Below, in pieces: positions 11,270 through 23,360 of a stretch of 64,000 bases of DNA (positions are counted from its first letter, which is position 1; each line of letters begins with the position of its first letter). This stretch comes from Leucoraja erinacea (taxonomy: Eukaryota): NCBI RefSeq assembly GCF_028641065.1, contig NW_026576328.1, positions 1-64,000 on the forward strand, written 5' to 3'. The position numbers and the translations under genes were made by a program. The notes below the pieces were generated by a model. The model was not told where the DNA came from. It saw only the letters and a list, made by a program, of their open reading frames with translations, and did not search any database.

Positions 11270-14163
11270 GTGACAGGAGACAGAATGTGTGAAGATAAAG
11301 CTTTAGATGTAAAAGGGGCAAAAACGGAAAGGAAGGGTAGTAAAAATCATCTGAAAGTGCTTTATCGAAATGCACGGAGTATTCGTAATAAGATAAATGA
11401 ATTAACGGTGCAATTAAGTATATATAGTTATGATATCGTGGCCATTACGGAGACATGGCTGCAAGGGGATCAGGACTGGGAGTTAAATATAGAGGGGTAC
11501 TCGACAATTAGGAAAGATAGACAGGAAAGAAAGGGAGGAGGGGTGGCCCTTTTAATAAGGGAGGGAATAACGGCAATAGAGAGGAAGGATATTGCGTTGA
11601 AGGATCAGGATAGTGAAACAGCTTGGGTACAGATAGAGAATAATAAGGGGAAAAAAAACACTAGTGTGTGTATTTTATAGACCTCCAAATAGCTGTGACG
11701 CTGTTAGTCAGAACATAAATCTGCAAATAGTTGACGCATGTAAAAAGGGAACTGCTGTAATCATGGGGGACTTCAATTTTCATATTAATTGGGCAAACCA
11801 AACTGGGCAGGGTAGACTAGAGGAAGAGTTTATAGAATGTATTAGAGACGGGTTCCTAGAACAGTATGTCACAGAACCGACAAGGGGGGAGGCAATCTTG
11901 GATCTGGTCCTGTGTAATGAAGCAGGATTAATTAAAAATGTCATAGTTAGGGACTCGTTGGGAACAAGTGACCACAATATGGTCGAATTCCATATTCAAA
12001 TAGAAGGGGAGCAGGTTGAAACTCAGGCTAGGGTGCTTAGTCTAAATAAGGGGGATTATGAAGGTATGAGGACTGAGCTGATCAAAGTTGACTGGGATAG
12101 CAGACTCAAGAATAAGACGGTACATGAGCAGTGGTGTACGTTTAAGGGTATACTGTATAACCTTCAAGAAAAATTTATTCCTATGAAGAAAAAAAGGGGT
12201 AAGGGTAAGAACAGTCAGCCATGGCTCAGTAAAACTATAAAGGATAGTATTCGGCTGAAGGCAAGGGCATATAAGGTAGCCAGAGATAGTGGGAGGGTAG
12301 AGGATTGGGAAGCATTTAAAGGTCAGCAAAAAATAACTAAGAGATTAATTAAGACGGGGAAAATAGACTATAAAAGGAATTTAGCGAACAACATAAAAAC
12401 TAATAGTAAGAGTTTTTATAGCTATATAAAAAGAAAAAGGGTGGCTAAGGTGAACGTTGGTCCATTGGAGGGTGAGACTGGAGAGTTGTTGGTGGGGAAC
12501 ATGGAAATGGCAAAGGCATTAAACGAGTATTTTGTATCAGTCTTCACCATAGAAGACACAAAAAATATTCCAACGCTGGATAAACAGGGGGCGGTAGGAA
12601 TGGAGGAGCTAAATACTATTAAGATCACCAAGGAGGTGGTATTAGGGAAATTAATGAGACTGAAGGAGGATAAATCCCCTGGGCCTGATGGATTACATCC
12701 AAGGGTCTTGAGGGAGATAGCGGTGGGGATTGTGGATGCATTGGTGATAATTTTCCAAAACTCCCTGGAGGCAGGAACGGTCCCAGTGGATTGGAAAATG
12801 GCCAATGTAACACCTATATTTAAAAAAGGAAGTAAACAGAAGGCGGGTAACTATAGACCGGTTAGTCTAACATCGGTGGTGGGTAAAATGTTAGAGACAA
12901 TTATTAAAGAAACACTAACGGGGCACTTGGATAAACATGACTTCATCGGACAGAACCAGCATGGTTTTGTGAAGGGGAAGTCCTGTTTAACGAATCTGCT
13001 CGAATTCTTTGAGGAAGTAACAACCCGGGTGGATAAAGGGGAACCGGTGGATGTGGTATACTTGGACTTCCAAAAGGCTTTTGACAAGGTGCCACATAAG
13101 AGACTATTGCTAAAAATAAAAAATTATGGGATTGGGGGTAATATATTAGCATGGGTAGAGGATTGGCTAACAAATAGGAAGCAGAGAGTGGGGATAAATG
13201 GTTCATACTCGGGATGGCAACCGGTAACTAGCGGGGTTCCGCAAGGGTCGGTGCTGGGACCCCAGTTGTTCACAATTTATATAAATGATTTGGAGGAGGG
13301 AACCAAGTGTAATATATCAAAATTTGCGGACGATACAAAAATGGGAGGAAAAGTAGGGGATGAGGAGGATAGGAAGAGTCTGCAAAAGGATATAGATAAG
13401 CTAGGTGAGTGGGCAACAACTTGGCAGATGAAATTTAATACTAATAAATGTGAAGTCATTCACTTTGGGGAAAAAAATGATAGGGCAAGTTATTTTCTAA
13501 ATGAGGAGGAGCTGCGTTGTAATGCAACGCAAAGGGATCTAGGGGTATTAGTACATGAATCACTGAAAGTTAGTATGCAGGTGCAGCAAGCAATCAGGAA
13601 GGCCAATGGAGTTTTGGCCTTTATTGCTATGGGGGATTGAGTATAAAACACGGAGGTCTTGCTGCAGCTGTACACAGTATTAGTGAGACCACATTTGGAA
13701 TACTGTGTACAGTTCTGGGGTCCATACTTAAGAAAGGATGTACTAGCCCTGGAGGCAGTGCAGCGAAGGTTTACAAGATTAATTCCTGCAATGAGGGGAT
13801 TGACATATGAGGAAAGGTTAAGTAGGCTGGAACTCTACTCTTTGGAGTTTAGAAGAATGAGAGGCGGTCTCATTGAAACATATAAGATCGTGAGGGGCCT
13901 TGATCGGGTGGATGCACCGAGGATGTTCCCAATGATCGGGGAAACTAGAACTAGGGGACATAGTTGCAGAATAAGGGGGGGGCTCTTTTAAAACTGAGAT
14001 GAGGAAGAACTTCTTCACCCAGAGGGTGGTTAATTTATGGAATTCACTGCCCCAGGGAGCAGTGGAAGCAGAAACTTTAAATATATTTAAGACTAAAATA
14101 GATGTTTTTTTAGCTGCCAAGGGGATAAGGGGCTACGGGGAGAGGGCAGGGATATGGACCTAG
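11270..14163 (+). pseudogene. CR1 ORF2 (APE endonuclease + reverse transcriptase), few frameshifts
   Basis: [45 protein letters not shown]. Frameshifts in homopolymers at ~11655, ~13632 and ~13980. Confidence 0.95.
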
Positions 14164-17100
14164 GTATGGTTAGTATAGTAAGACCTGAGTGATCTCCTGG
14201 ACAAGTGTCGATCGCCTAGATTGGGGTCGGAGAGGAATTTCCCGGATTTTTTTTTCCCGAATTGGACCTGGGTTTTTATCCGGTTTTTTGCCTCCCCCAG
14301 GAGATCACGAGGTTCTTGGGGTGGAGAGGGGTGATAGCGGTATAAAGGGGAGGGTAGTGTCTTGTGTTCTGTGTCTTGTGTCTACTGTTTGTGGGTAAGT
14401 GTGTCTGTTTAGTGTTCAGCCATGAGCGAATGGCGGTGCGGGCTCGATGGACCTGGTGGTCTGCTCTCGCACCTACTTTCTATGTTTCTATGTTTCTATG
14501 TTACAGAGTGATTCAGGCCATTTGGAAAAATGGGCTGAAAGATGGCAGATGGAGTTTAATGCTGATAAATGTGAGGTGCTACACCTTGGCAGGACAAATC
14601 AAAATAGGACGTACATGGTAAATGGTAGGGAATTGAAGAATACAGTGGAACAGAGGGATCTGGGTATAACCGTGCATAGTTCCTTGAAGGGGGAATCTCA
14701 TATAGATAGGGTGGTAAAGAAAGCTTTTGGTATGCTAGCCTTTATAAATCAGAGCATTGAGTATAGAAGCTGGGATGTAATGTTAAAATTGTACAAGGCA
14801 TTGGTGAGACCAAATCTGGAGTATGGTGTACAATTTTGGTCGCCCAATTATAGGAAGGGGTGTCAACAAAATAGAGAGAGTACAGAGGAGATTTACTAGA
14901 ATGTTGCCTGGGTTTCAACAACTAAGTTACATAGATAGGTTGAATAAGTTAGGTCTTTATTCTCTGGAGCGCAGAAGGTTAAGGGGGGACCTGATAGAGG
15001 TATATAAAATGAAGGGAGGGATAGACAGAGTTGATGTGGACAAGCTTTTCCCTTTGAGAATAGGGAAGATTCAAACAAGAGGACATGACTTCAGAATTAA
15101 GGGACAGACGTTTAGGGGTAATATGAGGGGGAACCTCTTTACTCAGAGGATGGTAGCGGTGTGGAATGAGCTTCCAGTGGAAGTGGTGGAGGCAGGTTCA
15201 TTGGTATCATTTAAAAATAAATTGGATAGGCATATGGATGAGAAGGGAATGGAGGGTTATGGTATGAGTGCAGGCTGGTGGGACTAAGGGGGAAAAATTG
15301 TTCGGCACGGACTTGTAGGGCCGAGATTGCCTGTTTCCGTGCTGTAATTGTTATATGGTTATATGGTTATATGGGACGGGAGACGAAGGCAAGGAGGTGC
15401 AGAATGTGCAGGAACATTCTATACAGTGAGCGTCTCTTCGCGTCACGAAGCGGCACGCTAATCATCTCCGAAAGGCGGCTCAGGTTGTGTGGAGCCCGTG
15501 CCCGAGATATATCCCGGAACCGAGGCCCAATGAGCAGATCTGACGGAGCGGGTAAGAGCTCATTCAAAACCACTCTAGGCGCACGCCTCTCCTCGACACC
15601 CGCCATGATTTGGTGAGGACCGGCCACTCCCGCAGCCGCAACATCCCCCTCCCCTCGTGGAGCAACACGCTGGCTGAAAACAACCAGATTCCTCACTCTT
15701 AACACATCCCGGTAGAAAACAGGCAAGCCCCTTAGGGCGGGTCGACTTCAACTCCTCCAAAGATAAAGGGCCATCAAGAAGATCGGCCACCTCCCTATCA
15801 ATAATCGGTAGACTCTCCCACAGGTCCTGCTGAGCTTCCCCGTTGACTCCACCTGCGGAGAACAGGGATCCATAAAAGGACCTGAGCAAGGCACTCTGGA
15901 TCCGTGGCAGAGGAGCCATCTTCAGCTAGCAGCTCCACGAGCTGTTTGCGGGCTCCCCGCCCTTTCTCTAGAGAGAAAAAGAAAGGCGAAGCTCGATCCA
16001 GAGCGTGCAGCATCTGGACCCGCGCCCTCACGTAAGCGCCTCGGGACCGCTCAAGTTGCAGGTTCCTCAAGGCTTCCTTCTTCTCATGAAACACACCCCA
16101 TTCGCAAGAGTCACGTCCAACCTGACCCAGGCGAGACTCTGCGTCCATCAGCTCCCTCTCAAGCTTCTCAACCGCTGAGTCCCGCCGCCCGGTCGACCCC
16201 CACGTGTATTCCTTACACAAAATACGGATGTGAGCTTCCCCACATCCCACCACTGCCTTAGGGAAGAGAAGCACCTCTGCCTCTCTCTCCACCTCACCCA
16301 AAACCGACCGAATGACTCCCGGAAACACCGATCCTCCAGCAGCCGGTTATTAAAGTGCCAGTATGCAGACCCGGCCCAAACGCGCGCTGGATTAAAATCC
16401 ACACGCACCAGACAGTGGTCCGAGCATGGCACCAGCTGCATTGAGGCCACTGAGAAACGCACGGGAGATATATATTCGATCAATGCGGGAACCACCGCCC
16501 TGAGACCTCCGCGAAAAAGCAGTGGAGTCTGAGTTGAGGTCCCGCCACGCATCAACCAACTCAAAAGAATCAATCAACCCTCTCAGCTTCTTCGCTACAT
16601 CAGGGGCACACTAAGTACCAGAACGATCTCGCACCTCAAGTGTGCAGTTAAAGTCCCCCCCAAGGAAGACACACTCTTCCCGATCAATAGTGCTCAACAG
16701 AGCATTCACTTCCTGAAGTAGGCCGGCCTGCATCGTGCCGGAGCTGGGGGCATACACGTTAATGAAATGCAACGGCATGCCATCCAGGCTCACGGCCAGA
16801 TGGAGCAAACGTCCTGGCACAACTTCTTGCACTTTTATAATATTGGGCAGGAAATTCTGAGCCAACAGAATGGCCACCCCACTCGAATTTGAGCTAAGAT
16901 GACTCATATAGACCTCTCCTTCCCACTCCAACTTCCAGGTGGGTTAATCACTGACAACAGTATGCGTCTCCTGCAGAAAACACACTGCAAATTTTCCCTC
17001 CCTAAGGACCGATAAAAGCTGAAATCTGCGAAAACTCGCTCTACTCCCCATTAAGTTTAGGGTAGCTAACGTGAATGCACTGGTACATTAAATTGAAATC

Positions 17101-19227
17101 CTCACACTTCTCCTCCTGGGCTCTGTAGCCCTCTCTCTTTTTAGGAACTCCAAAAAGTCCCTAAACTGACACTGCTCAGAGCCAGGAAGATCACTATCCT
17201 TGGTGGCAAGGATAGCCTCGAGAGTTTTAACTAAGGACGACAGATCAGCCCACCGTCTCTTAGCAGCATCAATCTTTGTCCTGCTGGTATGGCTTGTTTT
17301 TTAAAAACTCCCGTACCTCACAGATAACACTTGCATGAGACTCGTCCTTGGTTCCTGGGCTATCTTCCAAGTTACTCGCACCTGACACAACACGCTCAGC
17401 ATCACAAAGGTCATTTTCAGAAGTCGAAAGACCAGAGCTCTCTGGAATATCGCTAACCCCTCCACACAAGCTGGCCGTATCACTCTCCCTCTCCTCCGCC
17501 ATGACACCACCCCCAGGATCAATGCCGGGGAAGGGTCCCGAAGCTCCTATCCGCATCACGCAGCCCACTGACTGGCTGGGCTCCTACGCTCTGTCCTCAA
17601 CCTCTATATCTGGGCCTGGAGAAGAAAAAAACAAGAGGCACCCCCAGGGTCTGTGGTAAAATGGCACCCCCAGAATCTGAAATAATGTCGCTGCCTGAAA
17701 TAACTCCGACCTCCACAGCACCGAAAGCACCCCCTCCACTGGCAACACCCAGAGGCTCTCCACTAGTTTTTTCCTCTCCCCTGCCAACTCATCCGGTAGT
17801 ACAATACACACCTCAGCACCTCCATTGGCGCTAATATTGAGCACTGAGTGCTATACCAATCCCCCCGGCCCCCCAACCCCCCCCCCCCCCCAATCGGGCT
17901 GACTCTGCTCATCCCCCGTCTCAGGGTCCACACTACCAGGGATGTTTACCTCACCCTCCTGCGTGCAAACACCCTCAGTAGGCCTCTGAAACGAGGGGTC
18001 CTCCTCCAACCCAGAGGACACAACCCCAGGAGAGCCAAGATCAACACACGATGAGATACCCCCCTCTGAGGGCCCCTGAGACTAAAGGACATCCCCCCGC
18101 CCAGAGGACACAACTCAAGAGGTGTCTACCCCATCACCTGACCCTGTGGTACCCTCGAGAGATCCCTGAAGTGGAGGCTCAACCTCCAACCCAGAAGACG
18201 TCATTTCCTGACCTCCAACCACATCGGTGGTGGAAGGTCTGGAAAAATGCACCCCCCTAACTTTGGACTCACGTCCCTGCTCTTCCTCGCCAGGCCCAAT
18301 CCTCCTTTTTGTCCCACTAGCATGCGGCGGTGTGGTAACCTCCATAAGGAGAGGGTCTTCCTCCTCCACACTACCCCCAGCCTCCTTACCACCCGCACGT
18401 TTTACCTTCCCTATCCCCTTCAGAGCCACATCAGCTCCTTGCTGGGCCATGGCAGTTAAACTCTGGATCCCCCTGGAGCTGACAGGCGCCGCTTGGGTGA
18501 TCTCCGCACTCGGCAGTTGCACACCCACCTGCTTTTGACTCGCTTGGGTGAACTTTTTCTGCTCATTCTTCTTCTTCTTCTGCTGCTCCCATTTCTCTCC
18601 CCCCTCCCCCTGTGCCTCACCTTCAGCCACCCCCTCAGGTTCAGGATGTAGGGGGCGGGGGCCCTCGCTGCCCCGGGTCCCCAAGGCGGAAACTGCAGAC
18701 CCAGAAGGGCTATCCCCGCTGCCCCGGATCACCGAGGCAGAGCCGGCAGCCCCAGGTCAGCGATTCCACCCCACCCCACCGAGGCATGACGAGCAACCCC
18801 TGATGGGCCAGCAGTGCATTCCTGGGCCGCTGCGCTAGAAGTTCTGGCAGCGACCCCATGATTAGGACATTCCCTACGGAGATGTCCATAACCACCGCAC
18901 GCATGACACCGTGCCTTTCCCCAACTCCAACGCACGGTTCTGGTGAGACCCCTACACTCCACCTCGAAACTCCCCTCATCACCTTCCCCCTCCCACACCT
19001 TCACGAACACCCTCCTTTTGAAACTGAGAATCCCTTTTTCCTCCGGGTCCCCCCAGGGTGCTTGAGCCTAAAGCACTTAGACCACACCTCCCCAATCTGA
19101 GACAGGTGTGGAATGAGTGTCGCATCCGGAATACATGTAGAAATACCGTGAATGGCCAGTAGATGGCGTGAACTTGGTGGGACGATTTCTACGCTTCATC
19201 TTTCCATTAATGTAATTAACACACATC

Positions 19228-20365
19228 TTAGAAATATAGAACATAGAAACATAGAAAATAGGTGCATGAGTAGGCCATTCGGCTCGTCGAGCCTGCACTT
19301 CCATTGAATATGATCATGGCTGATCATCCAACCCAGTATCCTGTACCTGCCTTCCCTCCATACCCCCTGATCGCCTTAACCACAAGAGCCACATCTAACT
19401 CCCTCTTAAATATAGCCAATGAACTGGCCTCAACTACCTTCTGTGGCAGAGAATTCCAGAGATTCACCACTCTCTGTGTGAAAAATGTTTTCCTCATCTC
19501 GGTCCTAAAAGATTTCCCCCTTATCCTTAAACTGAGACCCCTTGTTCTGGACTTCCCCAACATCGGGAACAATCTTCCTGCATGTAGCCTGTCCAACCGC
19601 TTAAGAATTTTGTAAGTTTCTATAATCTTCTACATTCTAGCGAGTACAAGCCGAGTCTATCCAGTCTTTCTTCATATGAAAGTCCTGACATCCATGGAAT
19701 CAGTCTCGTGAACCTTCTCCGTACTCCTTCTATGGCAAGAATGTATTTCCTCAGATTAGGAGACCAAAACTGTACACAATACTCCAGGTGTGGTCTCACG
19801 AAGAACTGCAGTAGAACCTCTCTGCTCCTATACTCAAATCCGTTTGCTATGAATGCTAACATACCATTCGCTTTCTTCACTGCCTGATGCACCTGCATGA
19901 CTACTTTCAACGACTGGTGTACCATGACACCCAGGTCTCGTTTCATCTCCCCCTTTCCGAATCGGCCTCCATTCAGATATCAGTCTACTTTCCTGTTTTT
20001 GCCACCAAAGTGGATAACCTCACACCTATCCACTTTATACTGCATCTTCCATGCATTTGCCCACTAACCCAGTCTATCCGCCACCTTGCAGCCTCCTAGC
20101 ATCCTCCTCACAGCTAACACTGCCCCCCAGCTTCGTGTCATCCGCGAACTTGGAGATGTTGCATTCAATTCCCTCGTCCAAAACATTAATTTATATTGTA
20201 AATAGCTGGGGTCCCAGCATTGAGCTTTGTGGTACCCCACTAGTCACTGCCTGCTATTGTGAAAAGGACCCGTTTACTCCTACTCTTTGCTTCCTATCTG
20301 CCAGCCAGTTCTCTATCCACATCAATACTGAACCCCCAATACAATGTGCTTTAAGTTTGTATATT
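19228..20365 (-). mobile_element. CR1 3' part ((TTCTATGT)n tail)
   Basis: ORFs 19324-19596 and 19620-19946; tail atagaaac repeats at ~19235-19258. Confidence 0.9.
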
Positions 20366-20760
20366 CAAAGTATTCAAAGGTTTTTATTAGTCACATTCAC
20401 ATACACCGAGGTGTAGTGAAGTGAAATGCTTTTGCCATTTTGCAGCACACAAAAAAAAGAATACAGACATAACACCAATGAGAGTCTTAAACACAAAGAA
20501 CATCCCCCCACAATGGCTCGCACCATGAGGGAAGGCACAAAGCCCAGTCCCCAACCCCAGTTCACTTATAGTCGGGCCTATTGAGGCCTCCACAGTTGCC
20601 TCGACGGAGGCCCAATGGTCCTGGCCGTTCTCGCCGGGTGGTGGTGCTCCATCCGGTGCGGCCTTGTCGGCTTTGGAAGCCGCGGCCTCCAGTACGGAGT
20701 CGGCCGTTCCAGGGTTCCCATGCCGCTGTGAGGACTCCCCCGACGCCGGAGCACCACCAC
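20366..20760 (-). mobile_element. Non-autonomous GC-rich retroelement, Rex/Babar-type tail
   Basis: Minus-strand end ...cacctcggtgtatgtgaatgtgactaataaaaacctttgaatac. Confidence 0.5.
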
Positions 20761-21042
20761 CCTACGGAGATGTCCATAACCACCGCACGCATGACACCGT
20801 GCCTTTCCCCAACTCCAACGCACGGTTCTGGTGAGACCCCTACACTCCACCTCGAAACTTCCCTCATCACCTTCCCCCTCCCCCACCTTCACGAACACCC
20901 TCTTTTTGAAACTGAGAATCCCTTTTTCCTCCGGGTCCCCCCAGGGTGCATGGGCCTAAAGCACTTAGACCGCACCTCCCCAATCTGAGACAGGTGTGGA
21001 ATGAGTGTCGCATCCGGAATACATGTAGAAATACCGTGAATT
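20760..21042 (-). repeat. ~280-bp direct duplicate of Tx1 ORF1 segment 18872-19153
   Basis: cctacggagatgtcc...aaataccgtgaat present twice with few substitutions. Confidence 0.9.
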
Positions 21043-22540
21043 GAGCCCTTTGTCCTCCTCTGCTGAACACTGAATTTCTCCCAATCCTCTGGTAGGCTGC
21101 TTTTTCTGGCTAATTTGTATGCTTCACCTTTTGTATTGATACTATCCCTGATTTCCCTTGCTATCCACGGATGCACTACCTTCACTGATATATTCTTTTG
21201 CCAAACTGTGATGAACAACTGTTGTAGCTCAACCATGCAGTCTTTAAATGCCTTCCATTGCATATCCACCGTCAACACTTTAAGAATCAATTGCCTGTCT
21301 ATCTTGGCCAATTCACGTCTCATACCCGCAAAGTTACCTTTCTTTAACTTCAGGGCCCTTGTTTCTGAATTAACAATGTAACTCTCCATCCTAATCAAGA
21401 ACTTAACCATATTATGGTCACTCTTGCCCAAGGGGCCACGCACTACAAGACTGCTAACTAACCCTTCCTCATCACTCAACACCCAGTCTAGAATTGCCTG
21501 CTCTCTCTCTCTTTGGTTCCTCTACATGTTGGTTTAGAAAACTATCCCGCATAAATTCCAAGACAGCCTCTTCCTCAGCACCTCTGCCAATTTGATTCAC
21601 CCAATCTATATGTAGATTGAAGTCACCCATTATAACTCTTTTACCTTTGTTGCACGCATTTCTAATTTCCTGTTTGATGCCATCCCCAACTCTACTACTA
21701 CTGTTAGGTTGCCGGTACACAACTCTCACTAGCGTTTTCTGCCCCTTAGTGTTTCGCAGCTCTACCCATATCGGTTCCACGTGGAAAGTGGCCCTTTTTG
21801 ATTTTTGCCCTGGTTTTGTCTGCCTGCCACTTTTACTTTTCACCTTGCTACCTATTGCTTCTACCCTCATTTTACACCCCTGTGTCTCTACACTCACACA
21901 TTTAAGAAACCCTTTCACTTTAACTCCATCCTCCACTAACCCATTTGACACCCCACCTCCCTTATTCAGTTTAAAACCACACGTGTAGCAGTGGCAAACC
22001 TGCCAGACAGAATGCTGGTCCCCCACCTGTTAAGATGCAATCCGTCCTTTTTGTACAGTTCCCCCTTACTCCAAAACAGATCCCAGTGATCTAAGATTCT
22101 AAATTCCTGCCCCGTGCACCAGTTCCTCAGCCAGGACCCGTATCTCCCTGTTCCTGCTCTCGCCAGTACGAGGAATTGGAAGCAAACCGGAGATAACAAC
22201 CCTGGAGGTCCTGCTTTTCAGTATTTTTTCAGAGCTCTCTGAAGTCACGCTGCAGAATATTTATCCCCTTCTTTCCGACGTCGTTTGTGCCGACATGCAC
22301 TACCGCTTCCGGCTGTTCACCTTCGCCCTTGAGGATTTTCTGCACTCTGTCCGTGACATCCTGGATACTGGCACCAGGAAGGCAGCACACCATCCTCGAA
22401 TCCGTCTGTTGCCGTAGAAACCTCTGTCTGTATCTTTCACAATGGAGTATCCCACTACAATGGCGTTGCCTGACCTTGGCCTCTTTGGTTTTGGCTCAAC
22501 AGCCCTTTTTGCTTCGCAAGCTAGTCCGCCTTCTTCCAAC
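21043..22540 (-). mobile_element. CR1 fragment (ORF1 esterase and APE), deleted
   Basis: DGLHLNR, IMGDFN, GKSDHN motifs in ORFs 21966-22199, 21472-22026 and 20889-21482. Confidence 0.85.
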
Positions 22541-22749
22541 CGATCGAATAACTTCCCCGTCACTGATATCCGACATCCCTGCTGTTCCACCTGCATATTA
22601 AATCACATGTGCTGTTCTTCAGCAATCCAGAGCAGAGTAAACATGCTGGTCGCAGTTGAGACGTGCGTGGGGGTCAATTTATGACAGCAGCGGGGTATAG
22701 GAGCAGAGATGTTCGACTGAAGTTCTACAGGGTCTTGGTACAATATAAT

Positions 22750-23040
22750 ACATTACATACAATACAGGTTTATTCGTCACATTGCACTTAAAGTGCAAGT
22801 GAAATGAATATGTCAGCAGCGATACAATGAGAAAGAACACACTACACAATAAAATATTAACACAAACATCCGCCACAGCATTTATCACTGTGGTGGGAGG
22901 CACAGAAATTGGCCAGTCCTCCTCCATGTCCCCCCGTGGTCGGGACCAAAGTCCATAACTGGTCCATAGTCGGCTTTTCCCCACCGGCGACCGCGGCTTT
23001 AGGATGGTGTAGGCCGCAGGCCGGCGGTCAAAGATTTATA
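22750..23040 (-). mobile_element. Non-autonomous retroelement, same family as 4538-5458
   Basis: tttattcgtcacattgcac...cacagaaattggccagtcctcctcc shared with 4557-4712. Confidence 0.6.
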
Positions 23041-23044
23041 GTGT

Positions 23045-23360
23045 TTAAGAAGGAACTGCAGATGCTGGAAAATCGAAGGTACACAAAAAAGCTGGAGAAA
23101 CTCAGCGAGTGCAGCAGCCTCTATGGAGCGAAGGAAATAGGCAACGTTTCGGGCCGAAACCCTTCTTCAGACTGATCGGGGGCGGGAGGTGGGGACCAGA
23201 AAGGAAAAAGGAGGAGGAGCCCGAAGGCTGGGGGATGGGAGGAGACAGCAAGGAGTAACAAAATTGGGAGAATTCGATGTTCATGCCCCCAGGATGCAGA
23301 CTCCCCAAACGGAATATGAGGTGCTGTTCCTCCAATTTCCGGTGCTGCTCGCTGTGGCCA
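23045..23360 (-). mobile_element. Penelope-like element 3' end (GIY-YIG ORF tail plus pLTR)
   Basis: HSEQHRKLEEQHLIFRLGSLHPGGMNIEFS, followed by ctgaagaagggtttcggcccgaaacgttgcc. Confidence 0.8.

Larger units (their letters stand above)
9850..14500 (+). mobile_element. Near full-length CR1 LINE ((TTCTATGT)n tail)
   Basis: 5' UTR; ORF1 10220-11174; ORF2 ~11350-14160; tail ttctatgtttctatgtttctatg; short taca duplication at the ends. Confidence 0.95.
9205..15372 (+). mobile_element. CR1 ((TATATGGT)n-tail family), internally deleted, host to a second CR1
   Basis: 9205-9848 carries RT motifs ([24 protein letters not shown]). It continues at 14500-15372 (QSDSGHLEKWAERWQMEFN...) with the tail at ~15350-15372. 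Confidence 0.9.
7788..19153 (-). mobile_element. Tx1-clade LINE, 5'-truncated, RT deleted, split by nested CR1 insertions
   Basis: ORF1 zinc knuckle CHACGGYGHLRRECP at ~18865-18910. APE motifs ATLN, FLQETH, GGDFN, SRIDRIY, SDH at 16400-17070. Deletion at ~15740 removes RT. ORF2 tail resumes at 9210-8632 (WRTLL...GWRVLH). 3' UTR and poly-A at 7788-7893, homologous to 905-1020. Confidence 0.85.

Noticed and set aside
17060-17095. TAATG stop-start overlap between Tx1 ORF1 and ORF2
   Set aside because: The ATG is out of frame with the ATLN motif in this decayed copy; cannot be interpreted without a consensus.
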